DNA from: Paramoeba atlantica
Lineage: Eukaryota; Protista; Discosea
Direction: 5' to 3'
Length of the DNA: 64,000 nucleotides
Assembly: GCA_977017575.1 (NCBI GenBank)
Contig: CDRNVI010000164.1
Coordinates: 430,399 to 494,398, forward strand
A program made the translations under genes and the position numbers. Shown piece by piece: positions 25,401 to 36,351 of this stretch. The notes beneath the pieces are model-generated. The model was not told the origin of the DNA. It did not search any database and worked only from the letters and a program-made list of their open reading frames with translations. Every line of letters begins with the position of its first letter. Positions within the stretch are counted from its first letter, which is position 1.

Positions 25401-26789
25401 TTATTTTTTGTACCTGTTTCGCCCTTTTCTGGTCTCTTGTTTTCTTTTTTGTCCCATCGAAAGAGAAAGCTGCTTGCGGGCTTTTCGAGCTTTCAAAATG
25501 CTCATTTGTTGTGGGGAAGCACCCAAACGAATCTCTTCTTCAACACAACTTTGAAAACTGTCAAGGAGCAAGATGTCAAGATTCACAAGATTTGTACATT
25601 TCACTTTGTTGGCTTCTAATTCATGAGAATATGGAAATTGAATCATTAATATCTTCCCCAAATAATCTTTGACATCAACATTTGCCATAATCGTTCGGAA
25701 AGAGTTGAAAGAGTTGCGGTTGGAAGAATGAAAACGAGAAAAAGCAATCAAAACTGAAAATGAAGAAAAAGGAGTCCCAATGAAATCATCTGATCTCAAT
25801 CCAAGTTCAAAATCTAATTGTCCTTTCACATCAGTGAATTGTTCTTCTGTTAAAATATTATCAGATCCATCTTTCAAAAGAAGAGTTTCTTTCGAATGTA
25901 ATTGGTAAAATACATTTCCCCCACTACAACTCTCCAAAACATTCATCACTTTTCCAATATTGGAATCACCAAGTACAAGGAGATGAACTATTCGTGATTC
26001 ATTGCGATGAAGACCACCACCACCAGATATTCTGTTGCTCACTAACTTGATCTCTTTCAACATCTCTTCACAATACTTTTGAGAAGTAAGAGCATGAACT
26101 GTTGATTTCACAAAATCTTCGTCCAAACGCCAATGTATCGCAATTGTCACGTTTTGTTTGGTCTCTTTCTTGAAAGAAGAAATAATCTTTGAAGCTCCAA
26201 TCTTAAACTTATGAGCACTTTGGAAAGCATCATTCACACTCTTCAATAATCTGATTGATTCTTTCGTATTTGGAATCAATTTTAAGCAACAATCATTTGG
26301 ATGTTCTCCAAAAGAGCAAACACTTGAGTTATCCAAGCACCGTCGAGCAAAATTTTGATGCAGAAGTTCCAAATGAGAAGCAGCATTCGGCCAGAATCTC
26401 GAAATGGTTCGAAAAGTTTGAGAAGTTGAGTCTGTGTCATATCCTTGTTTTTGTTCAACAACAGAAACACCAACGTTCTTCAAAGTCTCAAGAGTTCGTT
26501 TCTCATCATACACATCCCAAAGAGAAGGTCCTCTCTCGAAAGTGGTGGAACATCTGACGCTGTCGTTGCACTTCCTTCGGCTGTAAACGTGTGTTGGAAG
26601 TTCGACTGAAGCACCAAGAAGAGTGGCGAGAGTAATGTCTTGAACGATTCTCATTCTTTGGTTATTTAATCCTTTCATGAGCATTGGAATGTGAATCACA
26701 CCAGTACCAGAAGAAGAATGTGGGGAGAGTGAGATGAGGAACATCAAAACCACAAAACAGATTCGAATCAATCTCTTCACATCACACAT
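25401..26789 (-). CDS. GDP-fucose O-fucosyltransferase-like glycosyltransferase with N-terminal signal anchor
   Basis: KGLNNQRMRI (GxxNQ motif), IAIHWRLDEDF (HxRxxxD motif), DFELGLRSDDFIGTPFSSFS. Hydrophobic N-terminus after ATG 26789. Confidence 0.7.
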   Translation of the reverse strand: MCDVKRLIRICFVVLMFLISLSPHSSSGTGVIHIPMLMKGLNNQRMRIVQDITLATLLGASVELPTHVYSRRKCNDSVRCSTTFERGPSLWDVYDEKRTLETLKNVGVSVVEQKQGYDTDSTSQTFRTISRFWPNAASHLELLHQNFARRCLDNSSVCSFGEHPNDCCLKLIPNTKESIRLLKSVNDAFQSAHKFKIGASKIISSFKKETKQNVTIAIHWRLDEDFVKSTVHALTSQKYCEEMLKEIKLVSNRISGGGGLHRNESRIVHLLVLGDSNIGKVMNVLESCSGGNVFYQLHSKETLLLKDGSDNILTEEQFTDVKGQLDFELGLRSDDFIGTPFSSFSVLIAFSRFHSSNRNSFNSFRTIMANVDVKDYLGKILMIQFPYSHELEANKVKCTNLVNLDILLLDSFQSCVEEEIRLGASPQQMSILKARKARKQLSLSMGQKRKQETRKGRNRYKK

Positions 26790-27226
26790 TGAAAAACCAT
26801 TGCAAAAACAAAACAAAAAGAGAAAACAGAACGAGAGAAGAGAAAAGAAAAAAACAAACAAACAGAAACCAAACAAATGACAACAGAAAAACAGAAAAAC
26901 ACAAAAAAGAGAGGGAGACACCAAAGAGGACACCTTTATTCGACTTGAAGAGCCTCCCAAGTTTCTTGTTCTCTCTCTTTTGGTTGAGTCGAACAATGAT
27001 GATATTTGGTGGCTCTGTTTTCAGATATTTATCATCACATATTTTCGAAAAGTATTCGGGTGTCTTGATTTCGAACTTTGTTGTTTGTGCACACAAAGCA
27101 CTAAATGTTTCAAGACATCTCTTTTTGTTTTGTTTCTATTGAACAAAAATAAAACGATGAATTGAATAATTAGAATTAGAATACTTCTCTGTTCTTTGAC
27201 ATTGAGTGTTAATCAGAGGACTCTTC

Positions 27227-28625
27227 TTACAATTTAGAGAAAGCCACAATATCAGTACTTTGCACTTCATCCTCAAATTCCGCAATTTTGTCTTGTAAAT
27301 CATCAACAGACACAAGTTTGTCGACAACGTGAAGCATAATGCAAAGTTTGAAGAGACCGAAAGCAACAGGCTTCTTCTCAGAACTCTTCCACTCCAATCC
27401 TTCCATCTCAATTCCACGAATCTTTTGTTCCAGAGCATCCAAATCAGTTTCGCTGTCCCAAGGTTTCACATCAAGAACAATCACAGACTTTTCAATGATA
27501 ATTTGACCTTTCGCTTCTTTGGTAGCCTTGGATTCGTCAGCAATTCTTTGAATCTCAGCTTCATATTCAAGATCTTCCTCATCGTCAAAAACATTTAAGT
27601 CTTCGTCTTCCTCCTCTCCAGCAGCAGCAACAGCATCACAGGAACGATTGCAAGGAGATTTTTCTCCAGCAAGGACAACACCACCAAGAACACCAACCAC
27701 TGCTTCTTGGCTCACAACATTCTTGAACCACTGAAGGGTGTTCTTGAAGATTTGTTGGATTGTCCCATCAAAGACAGTTCGGTATCCCTCAACCAAAGAA
27801 CAAGCAACAACAATGTCAGCCAAAGTAAGGGAGTCTCCAACCAAATAGATTTTCCCCTTCAAGTGATTGTTCAGAGCACCCAACACTTTTCTGTCGACAA
27901 AAAGGGTTGGGGGTGAAAAGAATTCTTGAGATTCACGAGGTGATGAAAATGTTCGAACAAAAATCAAAAAAAAAACTAACTTGGAATAGAGACACTTTTC
28001 TCGGTGGTTGATGGAGCTTTCCCTGTTGGCCCAGACCCAGGAAGAAAAGGGACAGTTAATTTCAGAAGCAAATAGTATCCAAGACTCAACTTGTGCCTTT
28101 CAAAATCCTTGATTTTAGAAGAAAAAAAAAGATGGAGAGAGAGAAAGAAAATCAAAAAATGAATGAAGAAAATTGAACCGATTCAATGTCGTTGTTTCCG
28201 AACAATTTTGAAGGATTTTCATTCGCACGAGCGACTGAAAACATGAGATTACTTTTTTTAAACTGAAAAAAGAGAGAAGGAAGAACATTGCAAAAGAAAG
28301 AAATGATTGTGGGGTAAGAGAAGCGAACCGAAACGAGCAATTGCGTTGCTTTCAAAGAGACTTCCATGTTCAGTTTCCAAAACAGGGGTCTTCTTGAAGG
28401 GAGTATCAACTGGATATCCCTTCTTGGGATCACGTTCCACTTCAACAACCTTGATTTCAACTTTGCTGTATGAGGCAGCAATCAAAATCTTGGCGGTCAA
28501 ATGGCATCCTTTTGGAGCTTTCAGTATCTGTGGGTCAAAACAGAAAATGAGGAGGTGTGAATGAAAAAACAGAAAAAAGGGGATTGACTCATTTCAAAAA
28601 AAAACTGAACTCTTACCAAAGCCAT
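27227..28625 (-). CDS. eEF1B-type guanine nucleotide exchange factor fused to a full eEF1B-gamma-type GST domain
   Basis: Exons: MAL|ILKAPKGCHLTAKILIAASYSKVEI...KTPVLETEHGSLFESNAIAR (GST-N of eEF1B-gamma type), AQVESWILFASEI..., LNNHLKGKIYLVGDSLTLADIVVACSL (GST-C), acidic linker, KSVIVLDVKPWDSETDL...GLEW..VAFGLFKL..VQSTDIVAFSKL (eEF1B GEF). Confidence 0.85.
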
Positions 28626-28950
28626 CTCTCTTGTCTAGCGCTGAAAGGAGAGGAAGGGAAAGAAGAACGAAACAAAGGAGGTGCGAACTTCATCGTTTTT
28701 TTCCAACACTTTTCGCTTTTTCACCAAAACAACAAAAACCGCCCAAAACCACTTCAAAACAACCCCTCCTCCTTTCCTCTGTTTCTTCGTTTTTATTTTT
28801 GATCACAACACCCCACCAGTTTTTGATGTTGGGTTTTGGGTCCAAATTCAAAAGGAATGGGACTTATTGTTTTTTCAACCAATTATATTTTGAGGTTTTT
28901 GATCAAAAGGATTGGTCTTGTTTTCTTTTTACAATCTTTTTTTTTTGAAA

Positions 28951-29585
28951 CTAACCAATTGCCCGTTTGATTGTGGTGAAATTAGTTCCAAAATGACCAA
29001 ACTGTGAAATATTTTCATCACACCAATGACCCCTAAAATGGTCTTCAAATATTTTCCCACAAACTCGACAGGAAATTCCAAAGTGAGCTCCATCACAAAA
29101 AGTATCACAATCGTTTTGATGGGACAGAGAAAAATCCCCTCTGGCATTAGTTTCCAAACAATTATGACCGCTGTGATAACCAAAAGATCTTCGACAAACA
29201 AGACAATTTCTTCCTTTGTGTGACTTTTCACAACGTGCATCACACACCTCATCTACATCAAATCAAAATTAACACAAGATATTGGAAAGAGAGGGCAAGG
29301 AATCCCAAAAAGAAAACCTTTGGGAGCGAGTGGCTCATTCCCTTTCTCGTAATCCCACATCAATGTCGAATTCCCCTTATTTACTCCGCGTGCTTTGTGG
29401 TTCTGCAAATGTTGAATGAATCTCTGTTGAATGAGAATGAACGAAAAGAAGGGAGGAAATACCTGTGGGAACTCTTTGGGAGCTGGTACAGACCGAGGTT
29501 GATCAAGATTTTCCTCGATCACTTCCTCTGAGACAACTTTTTCTTGATGTTTTCGAAAAGAATTCCTTCGGAGAGCATTTCCCAT
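28951..29585 (-). CDS. Cys/His tandem-repeat family protein, copy 1
   Basis: Three exons: MGNALRRNSF...EFPQ | NHKARGVNKGNSTLMWDYEKGNEPLAPK | DEVCDARCEKSHKGRNCLVC...IKRAIG*. GT-AG introns at the same phases in all copies. Confidence 0.8.
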
Positions 29586-29962
29586 TATCTTCTCCAACAG
29601 GTAATAAAAAAAAGTCTCAGTTCCACCAACCGAAAAAAAATTAGTGTGTTTTTGAGCCAACCCAAATTTGGTGATCCAATAATGTTTGCTCTCTCAAGTC
29701 AAGATGAAAGGATCGGGGGGAAACAAAGAGGCGGGACTTTATTGTTTTTTTTTCTAACTCTTTTTACTTTTTCACCAAAACTCCTCCTCTCTTTTTCTTC
29801 GTTTTTATTTTCCACAAAGCCCCCACATCAGTTTTTGTTGTTGGGTTTTGGGTCCAAATTCAAAAGGAATGGGACTTATTGTTTTTTCAACCAATTATAT
29901 TTTGGGATCTGATCAAAAGGATTGATCTTGTTTTCTTTTTACAATCTTTTTTTTTTTTGAAA

Positions 29963-30611
29963 CTAACCAATTGCCCGTTTGATTGTGGTGAAATTAACTC
30001 CAAAATTACCAAACTGTGAAATCTTTTCATCACACCAATGACCCTCAAAATGCTTTTCAAATATTTTACCACAAACTCGACAGGAAATTCCAAAATGAAC
30101 TCCATCACAAAAAGTATCACAATCATTTTGATGGGACAGAGAAAAATTCCCTCTGGCACTAGTTTCCAAACAATCATGACCACCATGATAACCAAAAGAT
30201 CTTCGACAAACAAGACAATTTCTTCCTTTGTGTGACTTTTCACAACGTGCATCACACACCTCATCTACATCAAATCAAAATTAACACAAGATATTGGAAA
30301 GAGAGGGCAAGGAATCCCAAAAAGAAAACCTTTGGGAGTGAGTGGCTCATTCCCTTTCTCGTAATCCCACATCAATGTCGAATTCCCCTCATTTACTCCG
30401 CGTGCTTTGTGGTTCTGCAAATGTTGAATGAATCTCTGTTGAATGAGAATGAATGAAAGAAGGGAGGAAATACCTGTGGGAACTCTTTGGGAGGCGCCAA
30501 AGATCCAGGTCGAAGAGAAACAGGTCGATCAAGATTTTCCTCGATCACTTCCTCTGGACCCACTTTTTCTTGGTGTTTTCGAAAAGAATTCCTTCGGAGA
30601 GCATTTCCCAT
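29963..30611 (-). CDS. Cys/His tandem-repeat family protein, copy 2
   Basis: Near-identical to copy 1, same exon structure, intact frame. Confidence 0.8.
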
Positions 30612-30794
30612 TATCTTCTCCAACAGAGAATAAATTTTTTAAAAAAGAGTCTCAGTTCTTTCACCAACCAACCGAAAAAAATTGGTGTGTTTTTGAGCCA
30701 ACCCAAATTTGGTTACCAATAATTATTTTGCTCTTTCGCTTGAAACGGTTGCACCGAAAGCAAAATTATTTTTTGGGAGGTTGGTTGGGTGAGA

Positions 30795-31448
30795 ATGGGA
30801 AATGTTCTCCGAAGATACTCTTTTCAGGAGCATCAAGAAAACTCAGAGGTGGTGATCGAGGAAAATCTTGATCTTTCTCCTGGACCTGACCACAATCCCA
30901 AAAATCTCAAAGAGTTCCCAAAGGTATTTCCTTCCTTCTTTCATTCATCTTCAAAAAAAACAAGGCCACCAGAGATTCAACTTTCGAAAACAGAACCACA
31001 AAGGATATGGAGTCAATCGAAAGAACAGCATAATAATGTGGGACTACGAAAAAGGGAATGATCCTCTCGCTCCCAAAGGTTTTCATTCTTTTGAACTTCC
31101 CTCTCTTTTTCGATTCACACTATCTTAGATGAGGTGTGTGATGCACGTTGTACAAAGTATCATAAAGGAAGAAATTGTCTTGTTTGTCGAAAATCTTTTG
31201 GTTATCACAGTGGTTCGCAGGTCCATGATTGCCCAGAGCCGGAGCACAACGCCAGAGCAAATTTTTCTTTAGCCCATCAAACCAATTGTGATACCTTTTG
31301 TGATGGAGTTCATTTTGGAATTTCATGTCGAGTTTGTGGTAAAAAATTTAAAGACCATTTTAGGGGACATTGGTGTGACGAAAAGCTTTCACAGTATGGT
31401 CATTTTGGAACTAATTATTTCACAACAATCAAACGGGCAGTTCGTTAG
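30795..31448 (+). CDS. Cys/His tandem-repeat family protein, copy 3
   Basis: MGNVLRRYSF...EFPK | NHKGYGVNRKNSIIMWDYEKGNDPLAPK | DEVCDARC...IKRAVR*; head-to-head with copy 2. Confidence 0.8.
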
Positions 31449-31526
31449 GATATTCATTGTAAAAAGAGTCTTTCACTAATTCATAATAAAATGTTGTGTG
31501 ATGATTCTTTTCTTTTTGGGGGATCC

Positions 31527-31604
31527 GATTTTCCTCAATCACTTCCTCTGAGACCACTTTTGGTGTGTTTTCGAAAACAAATCCTTCAAAGACCTTTTTC
31601 CCAT
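31527..31604 (-). pseudogene. Frameshifted, truncated exon-1 remnant of the Cys/His repeat family
   Basis: Homologous to copy 1 exon 1 (gattttcctc.atcacttcctctgagac...ttcccatt.tcttctccaacag) but reads MGKRSLKDLFSKTHQKWSQRK*. Confidence 0.75.
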
Positions 31605-31724
31605 TCTCTTCTCCAACAGACAGAGAAAATTTGGCTGTCTGTTTTGCGCCAGAAGCCAAATTTGGTGAATCAATAATTTTTTTTTGGGGGGGGGTTGGTT
31701 GGTTGGTTGGTTGGTTGGGCGAGA

Positions 31725-32401
31725 ATGGGAAATGTTCTCCGAAGAAAGTCTCTTCAGAAACATCAAGAAAACTCAGAGGAGGAGATCGAGGAAAATCTTG
31801 ATCGACCTGTTTTTCTTGGTCCTGACCACATTCCCGAGTTCCCCCAGGTATTTCCTTCTTTTTCTTCATCTTCATTCAAAAAAAAACAAAGGCCACCAGA
31901 CATTCAATTTTCGAAAACAGAACCACAAAGGATCTGGAGTAAATAAGAAGAATTCGACATTGATGTGGGACTACGAGAAAGGGAATAAACCACTCGCTCC
32001 CAAAGGTTTTTTTTCGTTCATTCCTTTGAACAGGTCATCCTCTCTCTTTTTCGATTCACACTATCGTAGATAAGGTGTGCGATGCACGTTGTCAAAAGTA
32101 TCATAAAGGAAGAAATTGTCTTGTTTGTCGAAAATCTTTTGGTTATCATAGCGGTAATTCTTTCCATAGTTGCCCGGTGCCAGGGCACAAGACCAGAGGG
32201 GATTTTTCTTTAGCCCATCAAACCAATTGTGATACTTTTTGTGATGGAGTTCATTTTGGAATTTCTTGTCGAGTTTGTGGTAAAATATTTGAAGACCATT
32301 TTGAGGGACATTGGTGTGATGAAAAGCTTTCACAGTATGGTATTTTTGGAACTAATTTTGGAACTAATCATTTCATAACAATCAAACGGGCAGTTCGTTA
32401 G
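31725..32401 (+). CDS. Cys/His tandem-repeat family protein, copy 4
   Basis: MGNVLRRKSL...EFPQ | NHKGSGVNKKNSTLMWDYEKG... | DKVCDARC...IKRAVR*. Confidence 0.8.
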
Positions 32402-32519
32402 GATATTCATTGTAAAAAGAGTCTTTCACTAATTCATAATAAAATGTTGTGTGAGGATTCTTTTCTTTTTTTTTTTTTTTTTTTGGGGGATCCGATTTTC
32501 CTCCAACAAAAACGGATTC

Positions 32520-32588
32520 TCAAGGAAGAGTCTCTTTTCGAAAGAAAGGAACAAGACATTTTGGGATTTGAAGTCTTCCATTTGAATC
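32520..32588 (-). pseudogene. Orphan duplicate of the terminal exon of the seryl-tRNA synthetase gene
   Basis: 32402-32643 is nearly identical to 33380-33615, which contains the SerRS last exon (..[16 protein letters not shown]). The copy has lost one G at the acceptor junction and has no upstream exons. Confidence 0.8.
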
Positions 32589-32719
32589 TTTTGAGAGAAA
32601 CGGGGGTGAGCCAAAAAAAATCTCGTCCTTGAGATTATTTGAAATTTGGGTACCAATAATTATTTTGCTCTATTTGAAACACCGAAAAGCAAAATTATTT
32701 TTTGGGAGGTTGGGTGAGA

Positions 32720-33397
32720 ATGGGAAATGTTCTCCAAAGAAACTCTTTTCAGGAGCATCAAGAAAACTCAGAGGTGGTGATCGAGGAAAATCTTGATCTT
32801 TCTCCTGGACCTGACCACAATCCCAAAAATCTCAAAGAGTTCCCAAAGGTATTTCCTTCCTTCTTTCATTCATCTTCAAAAAAAACAAGGCCACCAGAGA
32901 TTCAACTTTCGAAAACAGAACCACAAAGGATATGGAGTCAATCGAAAGAATGAGGTAATGATGTGGGACTACGAGAAAGGGAATAAACCACTCGCTCCCA
33001 AAGGTTTTTTTTCGTTCATTCCTTTGAACAGATCAGCCTCTTTTTTTCAATTCACACTATCGTAGATAAGGTGTGCGATGCACGTTGTCAAAAGGACCAT
33101 AAAGGAAGAAATTGTCTTGTTTGTCGAAAATCTTTTGGTTTCCACACCGGTTTGCATATCCATGATTGCCTAAATACCAATACCAGAGCAAATTTTTCTT
33201 TAGCCCATCAAACCAATTGTGATACTTTTTGTGATGGAGTTCATTTTGGAATTTCATGTCGAATTTGTGGCAAAATATTTGAAGACCATTTTGAGGGTCA
33301 TTGGTGTGATGAAAAGCTTTCACAGTATGGTCGTTTTGGAACTAATTATTTCACAACAATCAAACGGGCAGTTCGTCAGGATATTTATTCATTGTAA
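32720..33397 (+). CDS. Cys/His tandem-repeat family protein, copy 5 (C-terminus extended by TAG>CAG)
   Basis: Exon 1 nearly identical to copy 3; ends IKRAVRQDIYSL*. Confidence 0.8.
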
Positions 33398-33488
33398 AAA
33401 GAGTCTTTCACTAATTCATAATAAAATGTTGTGTGATGATTCTTTTCTTTTTGGGGGGATCCGATTTTCCTCCAACAAAAACGGATTC

Positions 33489-33944
33489 TCAAGGAAGAGT
33501 CTCTTTTCGAAAGAAAGGAACAAGACATTTTGGGATTTGAATTCTTCCATTTGAATCCTTTTGAGAGAGAACAGGGGTGAGCCAAAAAAAAATCTCGTCC
33601 TTGCGATTATTTGAAAGAAGCCAACCTGACATTGTTCAAGAATTGATAAGATAATCCGAGGAACGGCCAAGGCAGTGGCATTCACGATGTGAACAAAAGG
33701 ATGTTTTCTTTCAGCTGATTTTTCTTTTTGGCGGATGTTCAGTCTCCGACTGAGAAGGAAAAAAAGAACAAACACACGGAAAAAAAAAATCAGCAATCAT
33801 ATTTTTCAGGGTCAAATGTTTCGAAAAACAGAAGAAAAACCTTTGATAATCAGTACAATTTGAAGCGCTTGTGACCTCCCCATATTTGTTGAAAGAGGGC
33901 ATCCACAATTCTGAGTCATATTTGTGATAGGCAGGTGCTGTTTC

Positions 33945-33987
<43 letters not shown>

Positions 33988-36069
33988 TGAAAATTAAAAA
34001 TAAAAAGGTCCTACCGAGGATCGAACTCGGGGCACGGGAATCAGAACCCCGTATGTTACCACTACACCATAGAACCATTGGTGAAAACAAGAAGGTTTTG
34101 AGGGTTTTTTGATACCAGAAAGGATAAATTTTGGATGGTAAATGTATTTGGTTCTAGAACCATTTGTGATATCAAGAAGGTTTTGAGGGTTTTTTGATAC
34201 CACAAAGGATAAATTTTGGATGGTAAATGTATTTGGTTCTCGAACCATTTGTTGAACGAATTACTTTTAAAAATGAAAAAAAACCTCCCATATCTTCTGT
34301 TGGAAGCTCCAAAACTCGTCCAGACAATCCCAATTTCATTAAAAGATCGTTTTGAATTTGCAATACTTCTTCCAAGCATTTTTCACTGGTTTCTGTGTTG
34401 CCTTCAGTAATACAGACCTTTTCAAGAAAATCAGAAAATCAGAAAAAAAAAAAAAGAATCAAACACAAAAAAAAGAAAGAAAAAAAAAGAGAACAATTTC
34501 AACTTTGCTGAACTGATGAAGACGATATAAACTAATCCCTTTGCCTCCTGTTTCCTCTCTAAAGCAATGACTGAAACCCACTAACTTGATTGGTAACTGT
34601 AAAATTAAAGAGATTGGTTTGTGTGCGAAGTTTCACAAGATTTTGTTGACCCCCCCAAAAAAAAAGAACTTGGAGGAAAAAAGTGCACCTTTTCATTCGG
34701 AATTATCTGGTCAGCATATTGCCCGATCAAAGGAATTTCAGAAGTCCCAATTAATGATACACCAGAACCTTCAATGTGATATATTTGATTATCTTCGACA
34801 ATAAGATCCTCTGAATTCTGAGACTGTGGATCCACAGACCGGAGGCGTGGTTGAAAACCAGCTCCTTGCAAATAATTGTCTCTGACAATTTCTGGAGTAA
34901 TCACCTACTCAATCAAAATTCAACACTTGAATTGTCGAATTTCGTTTGTTTTTGAAGACAAACAACAGACACCCCTCTCCACAAAATGAAAAAAATTGTA
35001 AAAAAAAAAACCGGTGTAAAACCTCTCTGAACAAGTTCACTCATTGCCCATTGTACGAGAGCAAATTCCAAAAAAACAGCGTCATTTTTGAAATAACAAA
35101 ATCGAGAACCTTTTGGAATTTTCAAATTTCGAAGGTGAGATAAAAAAAAGAAAAGAAAAAAAGTTGAATTCAATACCAGAAACTTTTGCACCAGCTTCAA
35201 AGTCAAATAAATCCAATTCTTTTCCAATTTCCAGATATGACTTTTGGTTTTCTATTGGAACGACAAATCCTCTGAGGATATTTTTGATAAAAAAGAAAGA
35301 AACCCTGAATGGGAAAAAAAAAAAAACCTGATGGAGATGGTTGAATTCCAAAATGAGAAATAACTCGAGCAGAACAATCATAATCTCCAACAGGGACAGA
35401 AGGATGTGTCCAATTTGGAAGGCGGAGGCCCGTTACTCCCATTTGAGATTTTAAACGAACTAAAAGTTCTTGTTTTCTTTTAATCTCAGCTTTCAAATCA
35501 GCCCCTTCTTGAATCTTTTTTCCTCTCTCTTCTTCAGAGATCTTTGTGGTTGTTTGACTCTTCATTGTCTTGGCAAGAGCTTTTTTGCGGTGGAGTAATT
35601 CATTTAATGTCTGTTCTTCCTTTCCTAATCGAGAATGTAATTCAACGACTTCATTAACATTTCCTTGAGATTTTCTCTTTTTGATATTTTCAGCCATCTC
35701 CTCTTTTCGAGAAATGAAAGACCTGTAGTCCAAATGAGTGAAGAGTTGTTCATCAATCGAACAATGAGATTGTTGTTGTTGTTGTTGTTGTTGATTTGAG
35801 GATGAACTTTCTTTTGTTGAAGAAGATGTTGAAGAAAGAGATGGACCACTTTTGGACAAGAAACCTCGTTTGTGATTTGTTTGAGTGAAGGAGGAGAGTA
35901 AAGGGGGGTTAGGTGACCGAGAACCCAAGAACGAAAGAAACTGATAATTGTTCTGATATCGACATAAACAACTTCGATTTCGAATAAAATTGAGAGGTTG
36001 GGAAATTGGTTGAAAGAGAGAAAAAGGAATTTGAAGAAATTCATGAGAAAACAGCCATCTTCGAGACAT
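33489..36069 (-). CDS. SARS2: Seryl-tRNA synthetase, mitochondrial type (class IIa)
   Basis: Presequence-like N-terminus, coiled-coil arm, [42 protein letters not shown], motif 2 [56 protein letters not shown], motif 3 [15 protein letters not shown]; last exon [15 protein letters not shown]. Confidence 0.93.
34006..34076 (-). tRNA. tRNA-Gln(CTG), nested in a SerRS intron (33938-34284), same strand as host
   Basis: GGTTCTATGGTGTAGTGGTAACATACGGGG-TTCTGAT-TCCCGTGCCCCGAGTTCGATCCTCGGTAGGACCT folds as a cloverleaf with anticodon CTG; T-rich run follows on the minus strand. Confidence 0.93.
34070..34249. repeat. 85-bp tandem repeat (two units plus start of a third) overlapping the tRNA-Gln 5' end
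   Basis: (T)AGAACCATT recurs at 34070, 34155 and 34240 (TCGAACCATT); units nearly identical. Confidence 0.9.
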
Positions 36070-36351
36070 TCTCCTTCACTTTCGCCACTTTCGCCCCGAG
36101 CCTTCTTCGAAGAACGAGTCTTTTCTTTCTCTTTGTTTGGAAAAAAGAAAAAGGTCAGAAAAAGAAAAACGAGGAAAAGTTGGGGGCGTTTTTGGCGTTT
36201 TAGTTTAAAAATATGACGTCTTTTGGACGTTTTTTTGAGCGTGTTTTTTTTCTTTCGTGATTTTTCCTTCCTTTCAAAAGCATTTTCTGCGTTTTGTCTT
36301 TCGCGAGAGAGGATTCCTTTCTCTTGTTGAAGAGTGCACTTGGGGGAAAGG

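Noticed and set aside
33945-33982. ~38-nt poly-A run as a retroposon tail
   Set aside because: No adjoining element body or TSD; it is the poly-T tract before the SerRS acceptor on the minus strand.
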